From an uncultured Candidatus Pelagibacter sp. (GTDB lineage: Bacteria; Pseudomonadota; Alphaproteobacteria; Pelagibacterales; Pelagibacteraceae), in NCBI GenBank assembly GCA_964529275.1, contig CAZGVS010000002.1, forward strand, positions 4,064 to 68,063: a stretch of 64,000 nt of DNA, given 5' to 3'. Below, one piece after another: positions 43,029 to 52,906 of the stretch (its first letter is position 1; the number at the start of each line of letters is the position of its first letter). Position numbers and translations under genes: made by a program. Below the pieces are notes generated by a model that saw nothing but the letters and a program-made list of their open reading frames with translations, ran no database searches and was not told where the DNA came from.

Positions 43029-43980
43029 GTATCAGTTAATAAATAAATTTTTTAGAAAATTATCCTTAAATAATATACCCGCCAAAAAACTAAATGATGA
43101 CGTTTTTTTTGATAAAAGTAACAAGCTTGTTATTTCTGTTGATGCTTATAATGAAGGTGTTCATTTTCCAAATTTTAATCATCCGGACCTGGTAGCAAAG
43201 AAAGTAATAAGATCTTCTATCTCAGATTTAATCTCCAAAGGAGTAAAACCTAAATATTATTTTATTTCTGGTAGTGGTAATAAAAAAAAATTTACAAAAA
43301 AAAATTTAAAAAAACTCTCAAGTTCACTTATGCAAGAACAAAATAGATTTAATATAAAATTATCTGGTGGTGACACAACATTTTCAAATAAAGTAAATTT
43401 TACAGTTACAGTTGTGGGTTTTTCAAATAAAATAATTGAAAGAAATAAAGCTAGACTCAATGATGATATTTATATAACTGGAAATATTGGTGATAGTTAT
43501 TTAGGTTTAAGGTTAATTAAAGGTAAAATCAGATTATCACCAAAAAAAAAAAAATATTTTGTAAGTAAATATTATATTCCTGAAATACCATTTAAAATCT
43601 TCAAAAATATCAATAAATTCGCCAATACTTCTATGGATGTTTCAGATGGTTTGTTTTCAGATATGACAAAACTTATTAATAAACAGAATTTGAATTATGA
43701 AATATATTTAAATCAAGTACCTATTTCTAGCCAATTAAATCTATATTTAAAAAAAAACAAATTGAACAAATTAAATTATATTCATTTTGGAGATGATTAT
43801 CAGATTTTGTTTACTGCTTCTCCAAAAAACCGTAAACTAATAAAATCTATCGCTTCAAAAATTAATCAAAAAATCACGATAATTGGGAAAATATTAAGTG
43901 GTAAAAAAAGAAATGTTATTAAAATTGATAATAAATCATTAAATATAAGTGATTTTAAAGGTTATAATCACAGTTTTTAA
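43021..43980 (+). CDS. thiL: Thiamine-monophosphate kinase
   Basis: MNEYQLI, DD, EGVHF, SDL, GGDT, MDVSDGL, GDDYQILFT. Confidence 0.93.
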   Translation: MNEYQLINKFFRKLSLNNIPAKKLNDDVFFDKSNKLVISVDAYNEGVHFPNFNHPDLVAKKVIRSSISDLISKGVKPKYYFISGSGNKKKFTKKNLKKLSSSLMQEQNRFNIKLSGGDTTFSNKVNFTVTVVGFSNKIIERNKARLNDDIYITGNIGDSYLGLRLIKGKIRLSPKKKKYFVSKYYIPEIPFKIFKNINKFANTSMDVSDGLFSDMTKLINKQNLNYEIYLNQVPISSQLNLYLKKNKLNKLNYIHFGDDYQILFTASPKNRKLIKSIASKINQKITIIGKILSGKKRNVIKIDNKSLNISDFKGYNHSF

Positions 43981-44059
43981 TAAGTTTCATATTGCCTTTT
44001 ATTAATTTTTTTGTAATGTCCGGTCTTTACATTTAATAACAACTACAATTAAAGGATTT

Positions 44060-46165
44060 ATGGAATCATCTGTTTCAAATATACTTCAACTCATTATTTT
44101 ATCAGGTTTACTATCAATAGTTTATGGTTTTTTTACAGGTAAAAATATCTTAAGTAACAGTGCAGGTAATTCAAAAATGCAAGAAATTGCATCTGCAATC
44201 CAAGTTGGTGCAAAAGCTTATTTAAATAGACAATACAAAACTATAGCAATAGTGGGAGTTGTTGTGTTGATTATAATAAGTTACGCATTTAGTATTTTAG
44301 TAGGTTTAGGTTATTTAATTGGAGCTACATTATCTGGTATTGCAGGTTATGTCGGTATGCTTGTTTCAGTCCAAGCGAATGTAAGGACAGCTGAGGCTTC
44401 AAGAAAAGGATTATCTCAAGGACTATCTATCGCTTTTAAATCTGGAGCAGTAACTGGCATGTTGGTTGCTGGATTGGCCTTGTTATCTATAGCTGTTTAT
44501 TATTATCTATTATTATCATTTGGAATTGATGAGAGAGAAATTGTTAATGCCTTAGTAGCTTTAGGTTTTGGTGCTTCACTAATATCAATCTTTGCTAGGT
44601 TGGGTGGAGGAATATTTACAAAAGGTGCCGATGTTGGAGCTGACTTAGTTGGAAAAGTCGAAGCTGGTATTCCTGAAGATGATCCAAGAAACCCTGCAGT
44701 TATAGCAGATAATGTTGGCGATAATGTTGGTGATTGTGCCGGTATGGCAGCTGATTTATTCGAAACGTATGCTGTTACTATAGTTGCTACAATGGTTCTT
44801 TCTTCAATTTTTTTCTATCAAGATTTAAATATGATGATTTATCCACTCTCAATCGGAGGTGCGTGTATACTGACATCTATAATCGGTACTTTTTTTGTAA
44901 AGTTAGGTAAATCAAAAAATATTATGGCTGCTTTGTACAAGGGTTTTGTAGTAACAGCAGTAACCTCCTTGATTATTCTTTATCCTCTTACTGATTATGT
45001 TTTGGGATTAGATAATAAGTATAGTGTTTCAAACAAAACATTTACAGGCATGAGTTTGTATATTTGTGGTGTAATAGGTTTAGTAATAACAGGATTAATA
45101 ATTTGGGTAACCGAATATTATACAGGAACAAATTATAGACCTGTAAAAAGCGTTGCTTCTTCTTCAACAACAGGACATGGTACAAATGTTATTCAAGGAT
45201 TGGCTGTATCAATGGAAGCAACAGCTATACCAGCTTTAATTATTGTTGCTGGAATTTTGCTTACAAATTACGTCGCTGGTTTGTTTGGTATTGCAATAGC
45301 TGTCACTACTATGTTAGCATTAGCAGGAATGGTTGTTGCACTTGATGCATATGGTCCTGTAACTGATAATGCTGGTGGAATTGCAGAAATGTCAAATTTG
45401 CCTAAAAATGTTAGAAAAACCACCGATGCTTTAGATGCAGTTGGTAACACAACAAAAGCTGTTACAAAAGGTTACGCAATTGGATCTGCAGGATTAGGTG
45501 CTTTAGTTTTGTTTGCTGCATATACAGAGGATATTAAACATTTTTCTAAAGTTGCTGGATCAAATTTAGAAGGTATAATTGTTACTTTTGATTTATCAAA
45601 TCCATTTGTAGTAGTTGGTTTGCTAGTTGGTGGTATGTTACCTTATTTATTTGGTTCTATGGGTATGCAAGCTGTAGGAAGAGCAGGAGGTGCAGTAGTT
45701 ATTGAAGTAAGACGACAGTTTAAAAAAATACCTGGAATTATGAAAAGAAAGTCTAAACCTGATTATGGTAAGCTTGTAGATTTATTAACAAAAGCAGCAA
45801 TAAAAGAGATGGTCATACCATCTTTATTACCGGTATTATCACCAATTGTTCTTTATTTGTTTATACTTCCAATTGGTGGACAGGTTGCTGCTTTATCATC
45901 AGTTGGTGCGATGCTATTAGGGGTTATTATAACCGGTTTGTTTGTCGCAATTTCTATGACAGCTGGTGGCGGAGCTTGGGACAATGCTAAAAAATATATT
46001 GAAGATGGTAATTTTGGTGGAAAAGGATCTGATGCTCACAAAGCTGCTGTAACTGGAGATACGGTCGGTGATCCTTATAAAGATACAGCAGGGCCAGCAG
46101 TAAATCCAATGATAAAAATTACTAATATTGTTGCATTATTATTGTTAGCTGTAATTGCTGGTTAA
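44060..46165 (+). CDS. hppA: Membrane-bound proton-pumping pyrophosphatase, K+-independent signature
   Basis: [26 protein letters not shown] (Lys at the K+-dependence position). Confidence 0.96.
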   Translation: MESSVSNILQLIILSGLLSIVYGFFTGKNILSNSAGNSKMQEIASAIQVGAKAYLNRQYKTIAIVGVVVLIIISYAFSILVGLGYLIGATLSGIAGYVGMLVSVQANVRTAEASRKGLSQGLSIAFKSGAVTGMLVAGLALLSIAVYYYLLLSFGIDEREIVNALVALGFGASLISIFARLGGGIFTKGADVGADLVGKVEAGIPEDDPRNPAVIADNVGDNVGDCAGMAADLFETYAVTIVATMVLSSIFFYQDLNMMIYPLSIGGACILTSIIGTFFVKLGKSKNIMAALYKGFVVTAVTSLIILYPLTDYVLGLDNKYSVSNKTFTGMSLYICGVIGLVITGLIIWVTEYYTGTNYRPVKSVASSSTTGHGTNVIQGLAVSMEATAIPALIIVAGILLTNYVAGLFGIAIAVTTMLALAGMVVALDAYGPVTDNAGGIAEMSNLPKNVRKTTDALDAVGNTTKAVTKGYAIGSAGLGALVLFAAYTEDIKHFSKVAGSNLEGIIVTFDLSNPFVVVGLLVGGMLPYLFGSMGMQAVGRAGGAVVIEVRRQFKKIPGIMKRKSKPDYGKLVDLLTKAAIKEMVIPSLLPVLSPIVLYLFILPIGGQVAALSSVGAMLLGVIITGLFVAISMTAGGGAWDNAKKYIEDGNFGGKGSDAHKAAVTGDTVGDPYKDTAGPAVNPMIKITNIVALLLLAVIAG

Positions 46166-46182
46166 ATATTTTAAGAGTAATT

Positions 46183-46656
46183 TTATCTATTTTTTCTTCT
46201 TTTAGATTCTGATTGACCTAATGGGTCCTCTATTTTACGTCTTAGCGTTCTAATAAAGTCATATATAAATGCATCTTTTTTATATACACTTGATGTTGTT
46301 TGTTTGGTGATTTTTAATTCATTCATATCATCTTTGTTAATAAATTTTTTACTAACTAGAAGACCTCTTTCGTCCGTTTCTAATAAGAGTATATTGTTTA
46401 TTATAATTTTTTTTTTACCTAATGTTTTGAAAGAAGACCTAGTAGTTTTTCTTTCAATATAAATCAAAAGATTATTTTCGAATAAGCTTTCTGTAGATGG
46501 AGGTCCTAGAGTATCTCTAATATCATTTATATTTGATACTTTAACTATTAATTTTTTATGTTTTTTCTCTAAATAATTAACCCCATGATGCTCAACAACA
46601 TTGTTAATTTTGCAACTTGATAAAATTACAACAAAGAGTATTAATATTTTTCTCAT
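46183..46656 (-). CDS. bamE: Outer-membrane assembly lipoprotein BamE/SmpA
   Basis: Lipobox LSSC, HG, LGPPS motif; usual divergent partner of the Cbp3-family gene. Confidence 0.8.
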   Translation of the reverse strand: MRKILILFVVILSSCKINNVVEHHGVNYLEKKHKKLIVKVSNINDIRDTLGPPSTESLFENNLLIYIERKTTRSSFKTLGKKKIIINNILLLETDERGLLVSKKFINKDDMNELKITKQTTSSVYKKDAFIYDFIRTLRRKIEDPLGQSESKRRKNR

Positions 46657-47128
46657 GGAATTAAATAAATCTAATATCTACAATAATTTAATAAATTTAA
46701 CTAGAAATAAAAAACTCTATAAATACTTCACAGATTCAGATACTTTTAATGATAGATTAGTGATTTATCTTCTTCATCTGTCGTTCTTTTTTGCCCGTTT
46801 TAAATCGAAAGATGAAAAAGTGTTTCTTCAAAGTTTTTTTGACTACAGTTTTCGACAAATCGAAACATCAATAAGAGAGGTAGGTCATGGAGATGTGACA
46901 GTTAATAAAAAAATGAAAGAGTATATTAATTATTTTTATTTTATCGTTGATAAAACTAAAAATTGGAATCTTGAAAACAACGTCAATAAAATCGAAATAA
47001 TTCAAAAAATAATTGATATTGAAGATAATACTAAAGAAATTGTTAATTATATTGATAATTATGTAAAATTTTTATCAAATAGTACTTTAAATTCTTTCTC
47101 AAAAAGTGTAATAGATGAAAAATTTTAA
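46655..47128 (+). CDS. Ubiquinol-cytochrome c chaperone (Cbp3 family)
   Basis: [25 protein letters not shown] motif; first in-frame ATG at 46655. Confidence 0.85.
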   Translation: MELNKSNIYNNLINLTRNKKLYKYFTDSDTFNDRLVIYLLHLSFFFARFKSKDEKVFLQSFFDYSFRQIETSIREVGHGDVTVNKKMKEYINYFYFIVDKTKNWNLENNVNKIEIIQKIIDIEDNTKEIVNYIDNYVKFLSNSTLNSFSKSVIDEKF

Positions 47129-47130
47129 TT

Positions 47131-47310
47131 ATGGCTGTACCAAAACGTAAAACATCACCTTCTAGGGCTGGAAAAAGAAGATCTCATATAAAGTTTTCTT
47201 CAAAAAATATTATTGAAGATAAAAATTCAGGTGAATATAGATTGTCTCATCATTTAGATTTAAAAACAGGCATGTACAAAGGTAGACAAGTTTTAGATCC
47301 TAAAGAATAA
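47131..47310 (+). CDS. rpmF: 50S ribosomal protein L32 (not in ORF track)
   Basis: Translated by hand: [19 protein letters not shown]...[22 protein letters not shown], 59 aa, upstream of plsX. Confidence 0.97.
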   Translation: MAVPKRKTSPSRAGKRRSHIKFSSKNIIEDKNSGEYRLSHHLDLKTGMYKGRQVLDPKE

Positions 47311-47320
47311 TATATATTAA

Positions 47321-48325
47321 ATGTCTCAAAATATTAGAATTGCAGTTGATGCAATGGGTGGAGATGGCTCCCCTAAAAAAACAATTGATGGTATTATTGA
47401 TCATTTCAAAGAAAAAAATAATGTTTTCTATCATATATTTGGAGATGAAAATAAAGTCAGAAATTTATTAAAAAATAAAGTTTCTGACAAGTTTTATAAA
47501 ATTATTAATACTACAGACATAGTCAAAGACAGCGACTCACCCCTTGCAGCAGCAAAGAAAAAAGAGACCAGTATGTTTAGAGCCATAGAAAGTGTTAAAA
47601 ATTTAGAATCTGATATAGTCGTATCAGCAGGCAATACTGGTGCTCTATTTGTTATTGCTAAATTAAATCTAAAAATGATTGACAGTATAAACAAACCCGC
47701 TTTATCGGGTTTATGGCCAAATAAAAAAGGGTTAAATGTTGTCTTAGATTTAGGTGCAAATATCCAGTGTGATGAAAAAGACATGCTAGATTTTAGTATT
47801 ATGGGTGCATCTTTACATAAATCTCTTTTTCCAAATGAAGATACTAAAGTTGCTTTATTAAATATTGGATCAGAAGAAACGAAAGGTAATGAAGTGGTAA
47901 AAAATTCTTATCAGAAAATTAAACATTACGAGCAAAACTTATTTGACTTTTCTGGATATATAGAAGGTAACAATATAATGAATGGAGATGTAAATGTAAT
48001 TGTTACAGACGGTTTTACTGGTAACATAGCTTTAAAAACTGCTGAAGGCACTGCAAATTTTATTACAGAAGAACTAAAAAAATCTTTATCATCGAATATA
48101 ATTAGTAAATTTTTGGCATTATTAAACATGAGAAGCTTAAAAAAATTTAAACAAAAACTTGATCCAAGAAAATACAATGGTGCAATATTAATTGGTCTTA
48201 CTAGCCCGGTTGTAAAAAGCCATGGAGCAACTGATTATTTAGGTTTTTCAAATTCATTAGATCTTTGCGAAAAAATAGTTAAAAATAGATTAATTAATAA
48301 AATAAAAGAAAATATTCATAAATGA
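47321..48325 (+). CDS. plsX: Phosphate acyltransferase
   Basis: IAVDAMGGD, SAGNTGAL, DLGAN, NIGSEE, DGFTGNIALK, KSHG. Confidence 0.97.
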   Translation: MSQNIRIAVDAMGGDGSPKKTIDGIIDHFKEKNNVFYHIFGDENKVRNLLKNKVSDKFYKIINTTDIVKDSDSPLAAAKKKETSMFRAIESVKNLESDIVVSAGNTGALFVIAKLNLKMIDSINKPALSGLWPNKKGLNVVLDLGANIQCDEKDMLDFSIMGASLHKSLFPNEDTKVALLNIGSEETKGNEVVKNSYQKIKHYEQNLFDFSGYIEGNNIMNGDVNVIVTDGFTGNIALKTAEGTANFITEELKKSLSSNIISKFLALLNMRSLKKFKQKLDPRKYNGAILIGLTSPVVKSHGATDYLGFSNSLDLCEKIVKNRLINKIKENIHK

Positions 48326-48615
48326 GAACTAATTTAACTAAAAAAGACTTAGTTAATAAAATTTATTTACAGGTAGGATTTTCAAAAAATTTATCTGAAC
48401 TGATAATTGAAGATTTTTTTGATTTAATTGTTAAAAATTTAATTTTACATCACAAAATTAAGATTAGTAACTTTGGAACCTTTAAATTAAAGAAAAAGAA
48501 TGAGAGATTAGGTAGAAACCCTAAAACTAAAGAAATTAAAAAAATTTCTAGTAGAAATGTAATAACTTTTAAAGCGTCAAAAGACTTTAAAACATATATA
48601 AATGAAGTCGATTAA
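48322..48615 (+). CDS. ihfA: Integration host factor alpha
   Basis: LTKKDL, KISNFGTF, RLGRNPKT, TFKAS; plsX-ihfA-merR synteny. Confidence 0.88.
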   Translation: MRTNLTKKDLVNKIYLQVGFSKNLSELIIEDFFDLIVKNLILHHKIKISNFGTFKLKKKNERLGRNPKTKEIKKISSRNVITFKASKDFKTYINEVD

Positions 48616-48970
48616 AGCATACAAATCAATAGGTGAAGTTGCAAAATTGTTAAATTTAGTTAATGAAAAATCAGGAAAACCAAGTACATATACGATAAGA
48701 TTCTGGGAAAAAAATTTTCCTCAAATAAAACCAAAAAAATTTGATAGATCAAGAAGGTATTATGATGAAGATACTATTAATTTGTTAAGAAAAATCAAAA
48801 CTTTACTTAAGGATAAAGGTATGACTATAAATGGTGTTAAAAAACAGTTAAAGTTTGATAAAACTTTAGATCTTGACGAAAAAAACAATAACTTTATAAA
48901 TGGACGTGATGAAATTAAAAAAAAATTATCAAATATCTCAAAAAAACTTAAAAAATTAAAAAATATTTAA
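48602..48970 (+). CDS. MerR-family HTH regulator
   Basis: SIGEVAK..TIRFWEK.F..RRYY..GMTINGVK. Confidence 0.9.
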   Translation: MKSIKAYKSIGEVAKLLNLVNEKSGKPSTYTIRFWEKNFPQIKPKKFDRSRRYYDEDTINLLRKIKTLLKDKGMTINGVKKQLKFDKTLDLDEKNNNFINGRDEIKKKLSNISKKLKKLKNI

Positions 48971-48971
48971 T

Positions 48972-49163
48972 ATGGCAAAGAAAACACATGTAAAAGTTAG
49001 GTTAGTTCCAGAAGCTAAACCAGATAGTCCTTTTTTTTACTATGTAAAAAAGCCAGCTGGTGGAGAAAAGGCAAAAGTAAAGTTAAAAGCAAAAAAATAT
49101 AATCCAGCAACACGAAAGCATGAAGTATTTATTGAAAAGAAATTGCCACCACACAGTAAGTAA
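48972..49163 (+). CDS. rpmG: 50S ribosomal protein L33 (Cys-free)
   Basis: MAKK..VRLV..FFYY.KK..KL..KKYNP..RKH..F.EKK. Confidence 0.9.
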   Translation: MAKKTHVKVRLVPEAKPDSPFFYYVKKPAGGEKAKVKLKAKKYNPATRKHEVFIEKKLPPHSK

Positions 49164-49454
49164 TTATTTTTTTTTAAAATTTCTTTTTTCATAATCAATA
49201 TAAGCCCATATCATATTTTTCCAAATCCTCTTTGTTATTTTTGGATCTATATTATTTTTAATTGATTTAGATTCAATTTTACCTAAAATTAGTCTAATTC
49301 TTTTTCTATCTACTATTTGATTTTTATATTTTTTTAATTTTAGAACTTTTTTAACAATTTCGGTTCTTTTTTTAATTATTCTAATTAAAGAGTTGTCTAT
49401 TGTATCTAGTTTCTTCCTTAATATATTTAAATTTTTTAAATTAATTGGCGACAT
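49164..49454 (-). CDS. Chorismate mutase type II
   Basis: LRKKLDTIDNSLI..KR..LK..IVDRKR pattern. Confidence 0.82.
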   Translation of the reverse strand: MSPINLKNLNILRKKLDTIDNSLIRIIKKRTEIVKKVLKLKKYKNQIVDRKRIRLILGKIESKSIKNNIDPKITKRIWKNMIWAYIDYEKRNFKKK

Positions 49455-49497
49455 TAAATCAATTGGTTTTAAATAAATTTAATATATTTATCATACT

Positions 49498-50511
49498 ATG
49501 TATATATATAACTCCCATACTAAAAAGCAAATATCATTGTGGTTGTTAACAATATTCATAATCCTATCTATAATGATTATAGTCGGAGGTCTTACACGTC
49601 TTACAGACTCTGGTCTATCAATTACTGAATGGGAACTTTTTTCTGGTTTTCTTCCACCATTAACAGATCAAAAATGGAATTTTTATTTTGATTTGTATAA
49701 AAAAATTCCAGAATTTAAATTGCAAAATTACGAAATGACTCTGAATGATTTTAAGATTATTTTTTGGTGGGAGTGGGGACATAGGTTTCTTGGTAGATTA
49801 ATTGGTTTACTCTTTCTAATCCCTTTGATTTATTTTAGTTTTAAAGAAAAGTTAAAAAATTTGTCTTTTTATTATATAATTTTTCTTTTAATCTGTTTTC
49901 AAGGTTTTATCGGTTGGTACATGGTTTCAAGTGGATTAATTGATAGAGTAGATGTTAGTCATTTTCGATTATCAATTCATTTATTAGTTGCCTTCATAAT
50001 TTTATCTTTGGTTTTATGGTGCTATCTTAATTTAACAAATATTGAATTATCAAATTATAAAATTCCTTATATCCCAACTTTTTTTGTAATTTGTGTTTTT
50101 ACTCAAATAATTTTAGGAGCATTTGTTTCAGGAATGGATGCTGGTAAAATTTATAATACCTGGCCACTTATGGGGTCCACTTTTTTTCCTAATGATAATA
50201 ATTTGATAAATTTGTTTAAATTATCTGCTTTTAGCGATCCATCTCTTGTTCAATTTATGCATAGAAATTTTGCCTATTTAATTTTAGCAGTATATTTATT
50301 AATGATATTTGTAAGCTATAAATATAATCTCACAAGATACTACAAAACTCTTACAGTTTTAGGTGGAATTTTATTGTTACAAATTATTTTAGGAATTTTC
50401 ACTCTCTTATATGGTGCACAGATATTTTTAGCCTCTATGCACCAAATAAGTTCAATTTTCTTAGTCAGCTCTAGTATTTATTTGTTTTATATAAATACTA
50501 AAATTAACTAA
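49498..50511 (+). CDS. ctaA: Heme A synthase (COX15/CtaA)
   Basis: VGGLTRLTDSGLSITEW, WEWGHR, GWYMV.SGL, QFMHR, HQ. Confidence 0.96.
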   Translation: MYIYNSHTKKQISLWLLTIFIILSIMIIVGGLTRLTDSGLSITEWELFSGFLPPLTDQKWNFYFDLYKKIPEFKLQNYEMTLNDFKIIFWWEWGHRFLGRLIGLLFLIPLIYFSFKEKLKNLSFYYIIFLLICFQGFIGWYMVSSGLIDRVDVSHFRLSIHLLVAFIILSLVLWCYLNLTNIELSNYKIPYIPTFFVICVFTQIILGAFVSGMDAGKIYNTWPLMGSTFFPNDNNLINLFKLSAFSDPSLVQFMHRNFAYLILAVYLLMIFVSYKYNLTRYYKTLTVLGGILLLQIILGIFTLLYGAQIFLASMHQISSIFLVSSSIYLFYINTKIN

Positions 50512-51829
50512 CAGCCTTTAATCCAGGCTTGCCTGACGCACTTAGAGCCTGATCTAAGTCAGCAACTATATCATCAGGATGTTCAATACCTATTGATAGT
50601 CTTACGTATCCAGGTGTTACACCGGCTGCTAACAATTCTTCCGAAGTTAATTGACTATGCGTTGTTGTTGCTGGATGTATAGCAAGACTTCTTGCATCAC
50701 CAATATTTGCAACATGATAAAACATTTTCAGAGCTTCGATAAATTTTTTACCAGCTTCAACTCCACCCTTAACCTCTATACCTACTAATGCACCATTACC
50801 ACCTTTAAAGTATTTTTTAGCTCTAGCTCCAACTTCACCTTCATGCAATGTTGGATAAATTACTCTATCAACATTTTTATGTTTACTTAAAAATTTAACA
50901 ACTGTTTCCGCGTTTGAGCAGTGCTGTTTCATTCTTAGAGGCGCAGTTTCAAGACCTTGTATAATTCCCCATGCATTATCTGGTGCTAAAGGAGCTCCTA
51001 AGTCTCTTAATAAACATACACGAGCTCTTACAGCAAACGCTACATTCGCTCCGGTTAGTTGTGGTACAACCTCTCCCCATTTTGCTCCACCGTAACTAGC
51101 ATCTGGTTCATTAAAGTTTGGATGTCTTTTTGGATCAGATGTCCAGTCAAAATTTCCACCGTCAACCAAACAACCACCTATTACAGTTCCATGTCCTCCA
51201 ATAAACTTTGTTAAAGAATGTACTACTACAGCAGCACCATGATCTAATGGTTTACAAATCACTGGAGACGCTGTGTTGTCCATTATTAAAGGTATATTAT
51301 GCTTTCTTCCAATATCAGAAACCTCTTTTATTGGAAATACTCTTAAATAAGGATTAGGCAAGGTTTCAGCATAAAAACATCTAGTTTTCTCATCTACAAG
51401 TTTTTCAAAATTTTTTGGATCACTTGGATCGGCATATCTCACTTCAATACCAAGTTTTTTTAGAGTATGAGTGAACAGGTTTACAGTACCACCATATAAA
51501 TCAGTAGAGCTAATAAAGTTATCGCCAGATTGACAGCAATTCATTATTGCAAATGTCGATGCAGCTTGACCAGATCCGACCGTTACACAGGCTAAGCCGT
51601 TTTCCAATGCTGCAACCCTTTTTTCAAGAACATCATTTGTTGGATTCATAATCCTTGTATAAATATTTCCAAATTCTTTCAGTCCAAACAAATTTGCAGC
51701 ATGCTCAGTATTGTTAAATTGATAAGAAGTTGTTCTGTAAATTGGCACCGCAACTGCTGTAGTTGCAGGATCGCTTCTATAGTCACCACCATGAAGCGCT
51801 ATTGTTTCTGGGTTCTTAGATTTTGTCAT
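50504..51829 (-). CDS. metY: O-acetylhomoserine sulfhydrylase
   Basis: PIYRTTSY, IYTRIMNPT, HSLTKFIGGHG, ANIGDARSL..HPA; ATG at 51829 after GGAGG SD. Confidence 0.95.
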   Translation of the reverse strand: MTKSKNPETIALHGGDYRSDPATTAVAVPIYRTTSYQFNNTEHAANLFGLKEFGNIYTRIMNPTNDVLEKRVAALENGLACVTVGSGQAASTFAIMNCCQSGDNFISSTDLYGGTVNLFTHTLKKLGIEVRYADPSDPKNFEKLVDEKTRCFYAETLPNPYLRVFPIKEVSDIGRKHNIPLIMDNTASPVICKPLDHGAAVVVHSLTKFIGGHGTVIGGCLVDGGNFDWTSDPKRHPNFNEPDASYGGAKWGEVVPQLTGANVAFAVRARVCLLRDLGAPLAPDNAWGIIQGLETAPLRMKQHCSNAETVVKFLSKHKNVDRVIYPTLHEGEVGARAKKYFKGGNGALVGIEVKGGVEAGKKFIEALKMFYHVANIGDARSLAIHPATTTHSQLTSEELLAAGVTPGYVRLSIGIEHPDDIVADLDQALSASGKPGLKAVS

Positions 51830-51956
51830 TTTCCCTCCGTTATTAGACAAGTTAAATTTGTTAATTTTAATTGTATTATGGTTTTATGTTTAATAGCAAG
51901 TCGAATAAATGCATGATATTGCTTGTTTTTTTAAGAAATTTTGTAATAGCTAATAA

Positions 51957-51990
51957 TTGACATTGTATATTTTATAAGTATTAATCCGGC
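51957..51990 (+). promoter_or_regulatory. Putative rplM-rpsI promoter with GC-rich discriminator
   Basis: TTGACA at 51957, TATTAA 16 bp later, then CCGGC just before the ATG. Confidence 0.55.
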
Positions 51991-51994
51991 ATCC

Positions 51995-52453
51995 ATGACT
52001 AAATTTGTTAAAAAAAGCGAACTGGTTAACAATTGGTATGAAATAGATGCTAAAAACGCAGTTGTTGGTAGAATTGCTACAGTTATATCTAAAATACTAA
52101 GAGGAAAGAACAAAACCACTTATACTCCGCATATGGATAACGGAGATTTCGTAATAGTTAAAAATATTGAACACATAAAATTTACAGGTAACAAATTTCA
52201 AAACAAAAAGTATTATAAACATACTGGATATCCAGGAGGCATAAAAGAGACAACACCAGAGAAATTATACGAAAAAAAACCTGAAGAAACATTAAAACTC
52301 GCTGTTAAGAGAATGTTGCCAGGAGGACCTCTTGCTAAAAAACAGTTAAGCAAATTAAAAATATATAAAGGAAATGATCATCCACATGTTTCACAAAACC
52401 CCTTAACAATAGATGTTTCAAAATTAAATTCGAAGAACGTTTTAATAAAATAA
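51995..52453 (+). CDS. rplM: 50S ribosomal protein L13
   Basis: WYEIDA..GRIA..LRGK..YTPH.D.GD, HTGYPGG, RMLP. Confidence 0.99.
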   Translation: MTKFVKKSELVNNWYEIDAKNAVVGRIATVISKILRGKNKTTYTPHMDNGDFVIVKNIEHIKFTGNKFQNKKYYKHTGYPGGIKETTPEKLYEKKPEETLKLAVKRMLPGGPLAKKQLSKLKIYKGNDHPHVSQNPLTIDVSKLNSKNVLIK

Positions 52454-52454
52454 T

Positions 52455-52883
52455 ATGAATACAGAATCTCAAGTTCAATTAAATAATATGAGCTCTAAAG
52501 ACAGCAAGTACGCTACAGGAAAAAGAAAAACGTCAATAGCAAAAATATGGTTAATGAAAGGTTCAGGCAAGATACTTATTAACGGTAAGGATCTTAACGA
52601 ATATTTTAAAAGAGCAAATCACAAAATGCAAGTACTAAGACCATTTGAAATAATTAACCAATCAACAGATTACGATGTAAAATGCAAAGTATCTGGTGGA
52701 GGTCTTAGTGGACAGGCTGGAGCGATGGTACATGGAATTTCAAAAGCATTACTTCAGATAGATCCGAACCTAAAATCTGAATTAAAAAAAGAAAAACTTA
52801 CCACAAGAGATTCTAGATCCGTTGAAAGAAAAAAATATGGACATAGAAAAGCTAGAAGAAGTTTCCAATTTTCTAAAAGATAA
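52455..52883 (+). CDS. rpsI: 30S ribosomal protein S9
   Basis: TGKRK, GGGLSGQAGA, TRDSRSVERKK, QFSKR. Confidence 0.99.
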   Translation: MNTESQVQLNNMSSKDSKYATGKRKTSIAKIWLMKGSGKILINGKDLNEYFKRANHKMQVLRPFEIINQSTDYDVKCKVSGGGLSGQAGAMVHGISKALLQIDPNLKSELKKEKLTTRDSRSVERKKYGHRKARRSFQFSKR

Positions 52884-52906
52884 TATTTTTTTTAAAATTT
52901 ATAAAT

